Origin: Nanobdellota archaeon | GTDB taxonomy: Archaea > Nanobdellota > Nanobdellia > Woesearchaeales > CAZZGN01 | Assembly: GCA_051819665.1 (NCBI GenBank) | Contig: JBNJDG010000002.1 | Coordinates: 2,439 to 66,438 of the forward strand | Length of the DNA: 64,000 nucleotides | Reading direction: 5' to 3' | Shown here: in pieces, positions 1 through 9,400 of the stretch | How the letters are laid out: each line of letters opens with the position of its first letter | Position numbering within the stretch: position 1 is the stretch's first letter | Position numbers and translations under genes: made by a program | The notes under the pieces: model-generated | Database searches by the model: none | Seen by the model: the letters and a program-made list of their open reading frames with translations, nothing else | Told to the model about the DNA's origin: nothing

Positions 1-1
1 C

Positions 2-238
2 GGTAAGCTGAGATCTTTAATAAGCCTTTCCCGCCAAAAAGCGGAAGAATTCCGTCAAAAGCCGGAAATTATCCGGAACCAAATAAGACGCTTTAATAAC
101 CCCACTAAAAATCATCAAAAGAATAAATCACCGATGAGCTCTCTAAAGCTCATCAGATTCAACACGGTGTTCTTCAAAAGAACCATCCTCACGAATATGA
201 ACAACCCTCATGATTCTTTCCTGAGATCCTGTCTTTAA
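2..238 (+). CDS. Possible 3' end of a CDS that begins upstream of the window (K/R-rich C-terminal fragment); could instead be noncoding
   Basis: Frame 2 is open from the window start to TAA at 236-238 (about 79 codons). The region also holds several short perfect hairpins. No start is visible. Confidence 0.2.
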   Translation, partial: GKLRSLISLSRQKAEEFRQKPEIIRNQIRRFNNPTKNHQKNKSPMSSLKLIRFNTVFFKRTILTNMNNPHDSFLRSCL

Positions 239-346
239 TAAGATTTTCGGATGAAAAGCCGGAAGGTTTCCGGGAAAAACTCATGTAAACATGTACTTCT
301 CCCGGAGTGTGTTCTGCCTTTCTAAAATTCCACTTAAAATGCAAAG

Positions 347-356
347 TTTTATATAT
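347..356 (+). promoter_or_regulatory. Archaeal TATA-box-like element upstream of the 378..1244 gene
   Basis: TTTTATATAT lies about 22 nt upstream of ATG 378, consistent with a leaderless archaeal promoter. Confidence 0.35.
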
Positions 357-377
357 TTTTGCACTTTTACTGGAATC

Positions 378-1244
378 ATGCGCTTCTCAAAAGCAGAACT
401 TGGGATACTGGATCAGGTAGCCAGGGGAAACAAGAAAGTAAAAAGCATAGCTACCGCTCTCAACAATGGCCAAAGACGTATATACGGTGCAGTAAAAGAG
501 TTACAGGATAAAGAATTTGTCATCCTGAAAAAAGGGAGCATAGAACCAAAAGAAGGCCTGCATATAACCCTGCTCCTGCAGGCTTTAGCAAAGACTCCGG
601 ATATGCCAAAGACACTTGCAGACTCAAGGATGCCATTGCTCACAGCGATCCTGAATCCTTCAACAATAAAAGATATAGAAAAAAAGCCGGGCCTGAGAAA
701 ATCGATCATCTACAGATACATAAAAGAACTCAGAAGAAGAAACCTTATCCGGAAAGAAAAGGAACGATATGTAATCAACCAAAAGATCTGGCCAAAACTT
801 ACAGAAGCATTGACGGAACTGAAAAGATTCGAGGAAAACACCGATCGGAGGATACCAAAAAGCTCGATAATCTACAGGAAAAAGAACAAAGAAATCATCT
901 TCTCATGTAAAGAGGACTTAGATGCAACTTTAACTGCATTCTCCGCCTACGAAAAATATGGGATAAGACTTTTCCTGACACAGAACTATTACTCTCTGCC
1001 TAAAAAGACACTTAATAAAAAAGACATACTGCTGCATTCATTGTATATAGTCGAGAAGGAAAAGGATATGCGCCTGATAATCTTCCTGGCATTGTTCTAT
1101 GCGAAATATAAAAAGGAATTTCCGGAAATCTTCCATGAAACCCTTGATAAAATTAATAAAATCCTGAAAAAACAGAAAATAAGAGGGTTCCCAACATACG
1201 AGGAGATTAAAGACAGAGCAGAAGTATATAACATAAAGATATAA
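378..1244 (+). CDS. DNA-binding protein with two winged-helix-like segments; AbiEi-like putative antitoxin/regulator partner of the downstream nucleotidyltransferase
   Basis: The listed ORF is 291..1244, but a start at M30 (MRFSKAEL, ATG 378) fits the TATA box. HTH-like stretches are GILDQVARGNKKVKSIATAL..RRIYGAVKELQDKEFV and IIYRYIKELRRRNLI. It is immediately followed, 1 nt apart, by the NTase-fold gene. Confidence 0.5.
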   Translation: MRFSKAELGILDQVARGNKKVKSIATALNNGQRRIYGAVKELQDKEFVILKKGSIEPKEGLHITLLLQALAKTPDMPKTLADSRMPLLTAILNPSTIKDIEKKPGLRKSIIYRYIKELRRRNLIRKEKERYVINQKIWPKLTEALTELKRFEENTDRRIPKSSIIYRKKNKEIIFSCKEDLDATLTAFSAYEKYGIRLFLTQNYYSLPKKTLNKKDILLHSLYIVEKEKDMRLIIFLALFYAKYKKEFPEIFHETLDKINKILKKQKIRGFPTYEEIKDRAEVYNIKI

Positions 1245-1245
1245 A

Positions 1246-1902
1246 ATGATTACAAATTATGCGTGGATAGGAGAACTTCTGGAAGAACTGGATAATGGAC
1301 TGGATGAGAAAGCAACCATATACATGATAGGCGGAGCAGTACTATTATACCAAGGCCTCAAACCAGGAACAAAAGATATAGACCTGATAGTAGGTTCAAA
1401 AAAAGAATTCCACGCGTTCCAGAAAGCTCTCATGAAAAAAGGCTTCAAACCACAGATCCCCGGGAAAGAATATTCAAGGATGAACCTGAACCAAATCTAC
1501 CAGAAGGAAGACCAGAGAATTGACCTGTTCGAAAAAGAAGTCTGCGGAAGATTCTCACTCTCAGAAGGGATCAAAGAAAGAGCGAAAGAACTACATGAGC
1601 TTGAGAACCTAATTGTGAAACACTGTGCTAACGAGGATATATTCCTCTTCAAGACCATGACAGAAAGAGAAGGAGACCTTGATGACTGTCTGAGTCTGGC
1701 AAGGACAGAACTGCATTGGGAGGAAATGCTTAGAGAACTGAAAAGCCAGATACAAAAAAGCAAACAAGATGTGTGGGTAACATGGATAGGAGAACGGATG
1801 GACATGCTCAGGGAGAAAGGAGTAATCATACCAATCATGCCTGAAATAGACAAGCTCAGGAACAAATTCTTTGATAAACTGGAAAAGAAACAGAGCAGAT
1901 AA
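1246..1902 (+). CDS. Pol-beta-superfamily nucleotidyltransferase-fold protein (AbiEii/DUF-type), paralog A
   Basis: IGGAVLLYQG..TKDIDLIV gives a GG..DxD NTase motif, followed by RIDLF. It is about 30% identical to the 5798..6448 product over its full length. It is tightly coupled to the upstream wHTH gene. Confidence 0.55.
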   Translation: MITNYAWIGELLEELDNGLDEKATIYMIGGAVLLYQGLKPGTKDIDLIVGSKKEFHAFQKALMKKGFKPQIPGKEYSRMNLNQIYQKEDQRIDLFEKEVCGRFSLSEGIKERAKELHELENLIVKHCANEDIFLFKTMTEREGDLDDCLSLARTELHWEEMLRELKSQIQKSKQDVWVTWIGERMDMLREKGVIIPIMPEIDKLRNKFFDKLEKKQSR

Positions 1903-1903
1903 T

Positions 1904-2215
1904 CCCGTAAATCTTACATTTTTTTCTAAGAAAAACATAAATTTAAACCTCTTCACCAACATAGCCAACGGCATTGTGCTAGAGGGGCTATTGGAAGTAT
2001 GAGGTATAAGAGAACAGATACAAATAACGCTGAAAGCATAATTCAGGCTGCCGATAAGGAAATGAGGTTCTTGATTTCTCCACCATTTCAGTGAACTCCA
2101 CAAACACAAAAATAATAAGCTAAAGCTCACCTGTAACCAAGTTTCTTGTCATATCTCTTATGATCCATTATATCAAGAATGAAACTTATTATCTCCACTT
2201 CACTTTCATCGTTAG
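1904..2215. repeat. Degenerate partial duplicate of the MNT-HEPN-RelE junction (copy of 2761..2932 fused to a diverged copy of about 3189..3366)
   Basis: 1904..2075 matches 2761..2932 with 2 mismatches in about 172 nt. 2076..2215 resembles 3189..3366 (the RelE 3' end) with divergence. About 256 nt of the HEPN gene is missing from the copy. Confidence 0.85.
1999..2094 (+). pseudogene. Truncated remnant of the HEPN-like gene (31 codons, MRYKRTDTNNAESIIQAADKEMRF..)
   Basis: The first 26 codons match the 2857..3249 start with 1 substitution. It then runs into a stop because of the internal deletion in the duplicated segment. Confidence 0.45.
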
Positions 2216-2338
2216 ATATCCTCCAGAGATCAAAATAATCCCTTAATCCGTTTCCAGTAAAAATTGCAATCAATGAGTTTTGAATGAAACCGGACGGTTT
2301 TCAAAAAATTTAAATAGTTTCTTAAGAAACCATTAGAT

Positions 2339-2860
2339 ATGAGCAATAAAGTAATAGAATGGTTCTTTGCATTCCCAGAACAGGAGTTTACTTTAACAGA
2401 ACTGGTCAGGAATCTGAATATTTCCAAGACCACCGCTAACAAGGAAGTAAAAAGACTGGAAAATGAGGGTTTCCTCAAGATAGAAGTTCTGGGCAATCTC
2501 TGGCGGATCTCATGCAATCAGAAACACCAGTATAATACAGAGAAAAAAATTCCCTATAATCTGGAACTGGTCTATGCCAACAGGATTACAAAAAAGATTA
2601 TGGAGAAATATCCGAATGCACGCTCTGTAATCCTATTCGGAAGCTACAGGAAAGGAGATGATATCTCTACCAGTGATCTGGATATTGCCGTTGAGTTCGT
2701 GGATTGCAAAACGAGCATCATAGAATTTGGGAAAGTGGATCTCGGATACAGGAAGGATGTTCCCGTAAATCTTACATTTTTTTCTAAGAAAAATATAAAT
2801 TTAAACCTCTTCACCAACATAGCCAACGGCATTGTGCTAGAGGGGCTATTGGAAGTATGA
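2339..2860 (+). CDS. Fused wHTH + minimal nucleotidyltransferase (MNT-type antitoxin-like)
   Basis: The N-terminal HTH is LTELVRNLNISKTTANKEVKRLENEGFL. The NTase motif is ILFGSYRKGDDISTSDLDIAV (GSx9-13DxD). It overlaps the downstream HEPN-like gene by 4 nt. Confidence 0.65.
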   Translation: MSNKVIEWFFAFPEQEFTLTELVRNLNISKTTANKEVKRLENEGFLKIEVLGNLWRISCNQKHQYNTEKKIPYNLELVYANRITKKIMEKYPNARSVILFGSYRKGDDISTSDLDIAVEFVDCKTSIIEFGKVDLGYRKDVPVNLTFFSKKNINLNLFTNIANGIVLEGLLEV

Positions 2861-3249
2861 GGTATAAGAGAACAGATACAAAGAACGCTGAAAGCATAAT
2901 TCAGGCTGCCGATAAGGAAATGAGGTTCACGCTTTCTTTGCCTGTAAACGAAGATTCCGCAAGCACAATAGCAAGAAATATCTATGAATGTTTCAGGATG
3001 CTGGGAGAAGGTCTGCTTATCCTTCGGGGAGAATCTCCTCAGGATCATCTAGAACCAATAAACGCCATAGTGAAACTGCAGATAGACACCCCAAGGAGTT
3101 TATCCCTATTACATACATACAGGAAAATCAGACATAATATTAACTACTACGGCTATTTACCGGAGACAGAAGAAGTCAAAGACATGGTTGATTTCTCCAC
3201 AAAATGTTTCAGTAAAGTCTACGATCACATCACCAAAATGATAAGCTAA
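2857..3249 (+). CDS. HEPN-like protein (putative toxin partner of the MNT)
   Basis: 130 aa, helical, with an R-x-x-x-H-like stretch (YRKIRHNINYY) near the C-terminus. It is translationally coupled to the MNT gene. Confidence 0.45.
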   Translation: MRYKRTDTKNAESIIQAADKEMRFTLSLPVNEDSASTIARNIYECFRMLGEGLLILRGESPQDHLEPINAIVKLQIDTPRSLSLLHTYRKIRHNINYYGYLPETEEVKDMVDFSTKCFSKVYDHITKMIS

Positions 3250-3252
3250 AGC

Positions 3253-3600
3253 TCACCTGTAACCAAGTTTCTTGTCATATCTCTTATGATCCATTATATC
3301 AAGAATGAAACTTATTATCTCCACTTCACTTTCATCGTTAGTCAGAGTATAAAGCATCCTCCAGCGATTAGATAATTCTATTCTGAAAAGATTAGATATC
3401 CCGTATTTATCAACATATTCTTTGGGTATCTTCTTTTTGGATATTGGATCACCATGATGAGGGTTTGATTTTATCAAATCAACCTTTTTCTTCAATGAAT
3501 TAAGGATTGATCTTTCAGTCTTAGAACTATTCGACTCTCTAATGAGGTAACTGTAAACCTCTTCTGCTTCTTCAGACAATACCACCCTGACTTTCTTCAT
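3253..3600 (-). CDS. RelE/ParE-family toxin-like protein
   Basis: 115 aa. The C-terminal ..NLFRIELSNRWRMLYTLT..EVEIISFILDIMDHK resembles the RelE/YoeB core. It overlaps the upstream small gene by ATGA. Confidence 0.55.
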   Translation of the reverse strand: MKKVRVVLSEEAEEVYSYLIRESNSSKTERSILNSLKKKVDLIKSNPHHGDPISKKKIPKEYVDKYGISNLFRIELSNRWRMLYTLTNDESEVEIISFILDIMDHKRYDKKLGYR

Positions 3601-3887
3601 AACTCCTTACCTTTTCTTATTACCTCCCTGAGATTCCTGTTCTTATTATGTACCCAGCTAATGCCCTTCATGGTCACTGCAATCTTCCCGCTCTCTTCCA
3701 GATACTCAAGTATCCTCTTAAGGACATTATGATTGACCTGTTTAGGAAGAATCTTCTTCAGCTCTGCTACTGTAATCATACTGTTGTCCATCTCCTTCAG
3801 AGTATTCTCAACCATGATCACAGTATTCAATCTAGGAGAATGTTTCCATTCCGGCTTATTTTTCACTAATGACATAAAAATCACCAA
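3597..3887 (-). CDS. Putative antitoxin / small DNA-binding protein upstream of the RelE-like gene
   Basis: 96 aa, first gene of a two-gene minus-strand operon with 4-nt overlap. The palindromic TATA region lies immediately upstream. Confidence 0.4.
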   Translation of the reverse strand: MVIFMSLVKNKPEWKHSPRLNTVIMVENTLKEMDNSMITVAELKKILPKQVNHNVLKRILEYLEESGKIAVTMKGISWVHNKNRNLREVIRKGKEL

Positions 3888-3922
3888 TCATTATTAATCA
3901 ATAAGAAATAAATATTAATTGA

Positions 3923-3940
3923 TATATAAATATTTATATA
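3923..3940. promoter_or_regulatory. 18-bp perfect palindrome TATATAAATATTTATATA in the promoter region of the RelE operon (operator/TATA candidate)
   Basis: It is exactly self-complementary and sits 36-53 nt upstream of the minus-strand start at 3887. Confidence 0.4.
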
Positions 3941-4152
3941 ATATAGAAGCTCCATCAATGCACCAAGAGGGATCATGTACTGTCGGGCAGGTACTTCTCT
4001 GAAATCATGACCTCCTTCTCCGTTCCGTCCGGGAATACCTTCAGGACATTGATCTTTCGCATATAGTAATAGAGTGAAGAACTTTGAAAAGTTTTTCTGC
4101 TCTTTCGCCGGAGGAATTCCGGCCAGAATGCTTATTTCACAAGAACCTCAAA

Positions 4153-4686
4153 TCAATCCTTGATCGTCCGGTTCGGATATTCCAGATCCGCTGAGGGCTT
4201 GTTATATTTCACTTCAGGATTGAATCTCTTAAACATTCCGGAAAAACGACAATCCGGCTGTTCGAGCGCATAACTGACCCATTGCCTCACTTCTTTGTTA
4301 TAAGACTCCGGATCAGAACAATGCACACCATTATTTGTCATGTCCAGACCATACATTTTCCTTATAGTACCTTCCTGCGCTTCGGCAGGATTCGTTTTCC
4401 CTATGATATTCTGCTTGAAATCCTTCACTTTCATATCCAGATTCTGGTATGTCGCCAGAACGAAGGGCTGGCCGGAAAGCTCCCCTACAACATCCTCATA
4501 GAATCCCTTGCCTTCATGTTCCTTGTAATGCTCCCTTATCATATCCTCTGGTACATTGACAAGATAACTCGTATGTGTCCTTTCACCATGCTGATCCAGC
4601 TCATCCAGAATCTCTTCGCTGTTTTCTACTGACTTTGGCTTTATGAGAACAAGCACCTTATCCGAGATTTCGCTGTTGTAAACCAT
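4153..4686 (-). CDS. ndk: Nucleoside diphosphate kinase
   Basis: VLVLIKP..GER motif, GKTNPAEAQEGTIRKMYG and NGVHCSDPESYNKEVRQW (active-site His region). Length is 177 aa. Confidence 0.7.
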   Translation of the reverse strand: MVYNSEISDKVLVLIKPKSVENSEEILDELDQHGERTHTSYLVNVPEDMIREHYKEHEGKGFYEDVVGELSGQPFVLATYQNLDMKVKDFKQNIIGKTNPAEAQEGTIRKMYGLDMTNNGVHCSDPESYNKEVRQWVSYALEQPDCRFSGMFKRFNPEVKYNKPSADLEYPNRTIKD

Positions 4687-4829
4687 TTTAGACCATGGCG
4701 AAGTTATTTATTATAAATAAATTTATAGTTATTTATATATAGATCATCGTATCTATTTTAAAGTGTCAATAGGATCCGTTTACCTGACGAAATATTTAAA
4801 TAATAACAAGAAAATATCCTCTCTTAAAT

Positions 4830-5234
4830 ATGGCTAAAAAAGAACAGGATAACGGATCCGTGATAAGATATACGATCAGCCTCATAATCATAGCTGCAGG
4901 AGTTATCATGAATATCCTCGGTTTTTCAGGCGGATTCGTGGAATTCTCCAGCACAGGGAACTGGCTGATATTCATCGGCACTGTGATGCTCATAATCTCA
5001 GTGATCTTCACCATAAGGAGGAAGAAAAGAAAGGCTGATGAAAGGATGATACACATATCCTACAAAGCCTCGAGGATAACATACCTCTTGATAATCTTCG
5101 GCGCATTCCTGGTGATGGTCTGGGACAGCATAATCACTATAGAGCTATCTTATTCTTTATTCATGTCCTACATGATAGCGTTCATCGTCTTCATCTACCT
5201 TATAATCTATAAGATCCTCGAGTTCAGAGACTGA
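4830..5234 (+). CDS. Small integral membrane protein (about 4 TM), hypothetical
   Basis: Four hydrophobic helices. No recognisable motif. Confidence 0.4.
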   Translation: MAKKEQDNGSVIRYTISLIIIAAGVIMNILGFSGGFVEFSSTGNWLIFIGTVMLIISVIFTIRRKKRKADERMIHISYKASRITYLLIIFGAFLVMVWDSIITIELSYSLFMSYMIAFIVFIYLIIYKILEFRD

Positions 5235-5333
5235 TGGAATCAGAATCCATGCAAAAGAAGGTCTTGACCAGGATAATTCTGGATGACATGAAAATGAAAA
5301 AGTTTATATAATACTTCCAATGGATAATATAAC

Positions 5334-5801
5334 ATGAACGTGAAAGAAGGAAAATACACTGTCGAGACATTTGCAGAAGAAAATGGCCTTTCGAGACAGG
5401 CCGCCCTTAATAAGCTCTCGAGATTGAGGAAAGAAGGGCATGTAAAAACATCGGGAGGAGGAAGCCAGAAAAGGATCTATACGATAAGCAAAAGGAAACT
5501 AAAACGAACGAACGGTTTTTATGACATAATCAACAGATACTCTCCGATAAAACTCGTCCCAAAATTTGAGCACGAGGTCAAAGGAAGATACACGATAGAG
5601 CATGCTATCATAGACGGCATATCGATAGGAGACTCAAGAACCCTTGAAGCCACTAAACACCTGTTCAGACACGTAAAGAACTGGAAAAGGCTCTTTGATC
5701 TTGCTAAAAAACACAACAAGGTAAAAAAAGTGAAAGAACTCTACTGGAAAGCGAGAAAGACGACTAAGTGCAGGAGAATTCCTGCAAGGTATGAAAAATG
5801 A
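5334..5801 (+). CDS. wHTH DNA-binding protein; AbiEi-like partner of NTase paralog B
   Basis: HTH is FAEENGLSRQAALNKLSRLRKEGHV. It overlaps the downstream NTase gene by ATGA. Confidence 0.5.
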   Translation: MNVKEGKYTVETFAEENGLSRQAALNKLSRLRKEGHVKTSGGGSQKRIYTISKRKLKRTNGFYDIINRYSPIKLVPKFEHEVKGRYTIEHAIIDGISIGDSRTLEATKHLFRHVKNWKRLFDLAKKHNKVKKVKELYWKARKTTKCRRIPARYEK

Positions 5802-6448
5802 TAGAGACTAAAGATCAGGAAGAATTATTCAGGCTGATAGCAGATTATCTTGAAAAAGATATAACCTGCACGGCCATAGGCGGAACAGCGATGATGTTTC
5901 TTGGATATAAGACTGCAACAAAGGATATAGACCTGGTCTTTAAGAACAGGAAAGACAGGAACGAATTCATAAAAGCAATAGAATCCCTCGGATATAGAGA
6001 AAGCTCGCTGAAAGACATATATGATAAGAGAAGAGAGAAGGAGAAGGGCAAGCCGGTCATGCTGACCAGAGGAGAGGAAAGGTTCGACCTCTTCTACAGG
6101 GATGTTTTCGGCCTGAAGATAGATACCTCGGTTGAAAACCTGACGAAAAGGGAGGATTTCCTCGGGAAAAAAGAGCTTATAATATACATGCCATCCCCGG
6201 AAGACCTCATACTGCTGAAATCTGTTACCGGGAGAGACAAGGATCATGAGGATATAGAGACGCTTATTGAAACAAAGGAGGATATTGACTGGGACAGCAT
6301 AGTGGATAAAGCGATAAGCCAGAGGAAGAACAACCAATGGGTCCTTATCGATCTTGAAGAGACACTGAGGGAAATAAAAAAGAAGTTTTTCATAAAGAAC
6401 AGGATCTTTGATAGGATATACAGGGAAGAGGAAAATCACAGGTCATGA
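5798..6448 (+). CDS. Pol-beta-superfamily nucleotidyltransferase-fold protein, paralog B
   Basis: AIGGTAMMFLG..TKDIDLVF, then RFDLFYRD and LILLKSVTGRDKD, all align with paralog A at 1246..1902. Confidence 0.55.
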   Translation: MIETKDQEELFRLIADYLEKDITCTAIGGTAMMFLGYKTATKDIDLVFKNRKDRNEFIKAIESLGYRESSLKDIYDKRREKEKGKPVMLTRGEERFDLFYRDVFGLKIDTSVENLTKREDFLGKKELIIYMPSPEDLILLKSVTGRDKDHEDIETLIETKEDIDWDSIVDKAISQRKNNQWVLIDLEETLREIKKKFFIKNRIFDRIYREEENHRS

Positions 6449-6491
6449 GCCTTAAGAAAAATTTATAAAGCTCATTCTTAAAAAACAAGGT

Positions 6492-9400
6492 ATGAACCTC
6501 TTCAGAAGAAAAGAGCCCGATTATGAGAGATTCAGGGTCCTTAATGAATTCCTGGATTCAGGGACAGGTATAAGATGGCATTCTAAGAAAAGGCTGAGGA
6601 AGTTAAGGCATTTCATAAGGGACCTGAAGCATCTTGAAGAGGATTTCGAGAACAACAAAGAGGTTCTTGATAAGATCAGGCATTTAGAGCATGTTTATGA
6701 TGATCTACTGAGATTCTATAAGGAACATAAGAACGAATACTTCAACAATCTTAAGCAGGAACTGCCTGAAGTGGATATCAAGACAATAAACCAGGACAAA
6801 AAGGAATTATCGCAGATGATAAATAATCTGGAAGACATGTATACATTGATAGGAGGGAAGAAGATATCAAAGAAATATTACCGTGAGATCAGGGAATGGC
6901 TAGAGAGTCTAGGATTCTATTTCAAGTATAATGAAGAGATGGGTAATTTCCTGATATTACACTATAGAGAGATTTATGACTTCTGGCAGGAAAACAGAGA
7001 ATTCACCTATCTTTTCATCCAATCAATGAATCATCTCATAATAGAAGAATATAATGAAAAAGCCCGGCATCATCTGATAGACGGTTTTAAGAAATTATAT
7101 AAGAGCTTTATTAATAAAGGCATGAAAACGGAAGATATCCGGCAGAATATTCTGCCGGTCATGAAAATTATAAGAAAAAAAGAAAAAACCATTCCTGCCG
7201 AAAAATTCGAAAAGATATGCGAACTAACATCCGAATTAGTATCCATGGGCCATGACAGGATATCTCAATCCTTTGAAGAGATACTTGACCACATAACCAA
7301 GATAAAATCAAATGAAGAGATAGAAGATCTGAAATCTATTGCAAGACCGGTAGGTGGAGAAAAAAATCTCAGGGATCTGCTTCCTCTCTTCGATAAAATC
7401 GGGTACGGAAAACCCTCTGAATTTATAGGAGATACATGCAAAAAGATAATGGAAGAGGGTGCCCAGCATAATCTTGACGAGTTCATAAAAAATATATCTT
7501 ATCAGCTCAAAGACATTATAAACGAAAAGAATTACAGGAAAATTATAAACAAGGTCAGGGATCTGATCCTAATCTACCATAAATACGATAGTTATGCAGT
7601 TCCCGAAGAAAACAAGTATGCGTATCTCTTTGCGAGGACAGAAGGGCTTTTGACAGAAAAATCATTCGATCTTCTGGCCGATAAGATTATCGAGGTTAAA
7701 GACCCTAATTTCTTTGATATCATAGATAAGAGCATAGAACAATACAAATCCTATATAAAAAATGATTTCGCTTCATTCCTCGGTAGAGTTATACTGGCAT
7801 ACACCATAGTTACCAAATGTACAAAAAAAGACTTGCCGGACAGTGAATTGGGAAAGAAAATAATAGAGAATACAGACAGAGATCTATCATATCAGGAAAT
7901 AAACAGGATAAGCGAGGATATAGGCGAACTCTCAAGATCATTGTATCCCCTTGATTTCATGAGTCATCTTGAACTTATACCCAAGTTCTTGATAACAGAC
8001 CCAGACCGCTTGGAATACCTATTAAAAATATTGGATAGGATAAAGGAGAATACAGAGAATAAGGATCACAGATATTGGCTCGACACGGTCCTGCCGAATC
8101 TTTCAGGTATAATAAACAAGAACAATTACAGGGAAGTTCTTAGGAAATCATACGATGTATTCATTCTGTTGTATAAAAACAGGAAAAATTCCCGTCATTT
8201 CGGAACAAACCGTACCATGGGTGCATTCCCTTATTTCAACCATTCACCAAGCAAAGAGGGTTTTGATTCATTGTATGATAAATTGACCAGCCTGAAAGGC
8301 AGACAATCAATAAATTCATACATGGAAGGATTAAATGATTATCTGATTGATTTCCACCATTTCATAAATCAGGAGAATTTTAAAGAATATATTGAACTCT
8401 ACAACATACTTTTTGATGAGGATTTTGATGAGAAGAACAAATCCGAATATATAAGGGGAGCCAGTGTCTTTAAGGGACTAATATACAGGGACGGAGTATC
8501 CATAAAGTCAATCATAAGTATGCTCAAAAGACTGGAAAAAAGGCATAAGGATCCAGTATCGATTATATTAAATTCTCTTTATTATATAAACGACAGACTG
8601 ACAAGTAATAATATAGAGACATATCTGGATATCTTATATAAGGTAGAAACAAATACTAAGAATTCTAAGACTGCACTCAGGGTGCTTTTCGAGGACTTCT
8701 CAAAATACATCAACGAGAATAATATAGAGGATTATGCCGATAAGATTATCGAGATCGAGAAATTGTGCAGGAACCTTGATGATGAGATAATGAATAAATT
8801 GTTCTATTGCCGGGAACTTTTTGATAAATTCGGGATAATCATAATAGATAGTCTGGTTATACCTGTCATAAAATCCCAGAAGAACACGGCAAAGGAAATT
8901 TTCGCTCCAATAGAGCATATTACAAAACACATAGACAATAGAAAAGATTTAGAATATCTTTCAGATTTCTCAGTCAACATAAACCTCAAGTCTGGCCATT
9001 CAGGAAAATTAAGCATCATCGAAAAATCTTCCTTATTTGAGATACCTTTCACACTACTGAAAGAAAGACCCGGTCAGGAGAATACAAAATATCTTGCAAA
9101 AAGGTTGAATGATGTCAAGAAATACAGCAAGCATCTGGATGATGTAATCAAGGCAATTAAAAAATTAAGACCACTATTCGAAAGATTCGGTTTAGGTATT
9201 TTTGAATCATTGATACTTCCTTTATTAAAAGGACAGGAAGTTGGAGCTTCCAAATGCTTTGAATCGATATCCTCCATACAGGATTCAATAGAAAGCGAAG
9301 AGGGAATCAAACTTCTTTTGACAATCCAGAGATACAGGAAACTCAAGACAAACCAATTCTATAAGGAGATCCTTATCCAGGGTATGCAAGAAAATATAAT

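Noticed and set aside
291-377. Upstream 29-codon extension of the first wHTH gene (MYFSRSVFCLSKIPLK..)
   Set aside because: The extension would cover the TATA-like element at 347..356, and the internal ATG at 378 sits at the distance from it expected for a leaderless archaeal start.
1609-3048. Antisense ORFs 1609..2130(-) and 2644..3048(-) sharing the peptide EPHFLIGSLNYAFSV..PSSTMPLAMLVKRFKF
   Set aside because: They are reverse-strand readings of the two copies of the duplicated MNT/HEPN segment, fully antisense to better-supported genes. The shared peptide is a consequence of the DNA duplication, not evidence of a gene.
5825-6439. 204-aa ORF on the minus strand inside NTase paralog B
   Set aside because: It is entirely antisense to a gene with clear NTase motifs and translational coupling, has no motifs of its own and an odd composition.
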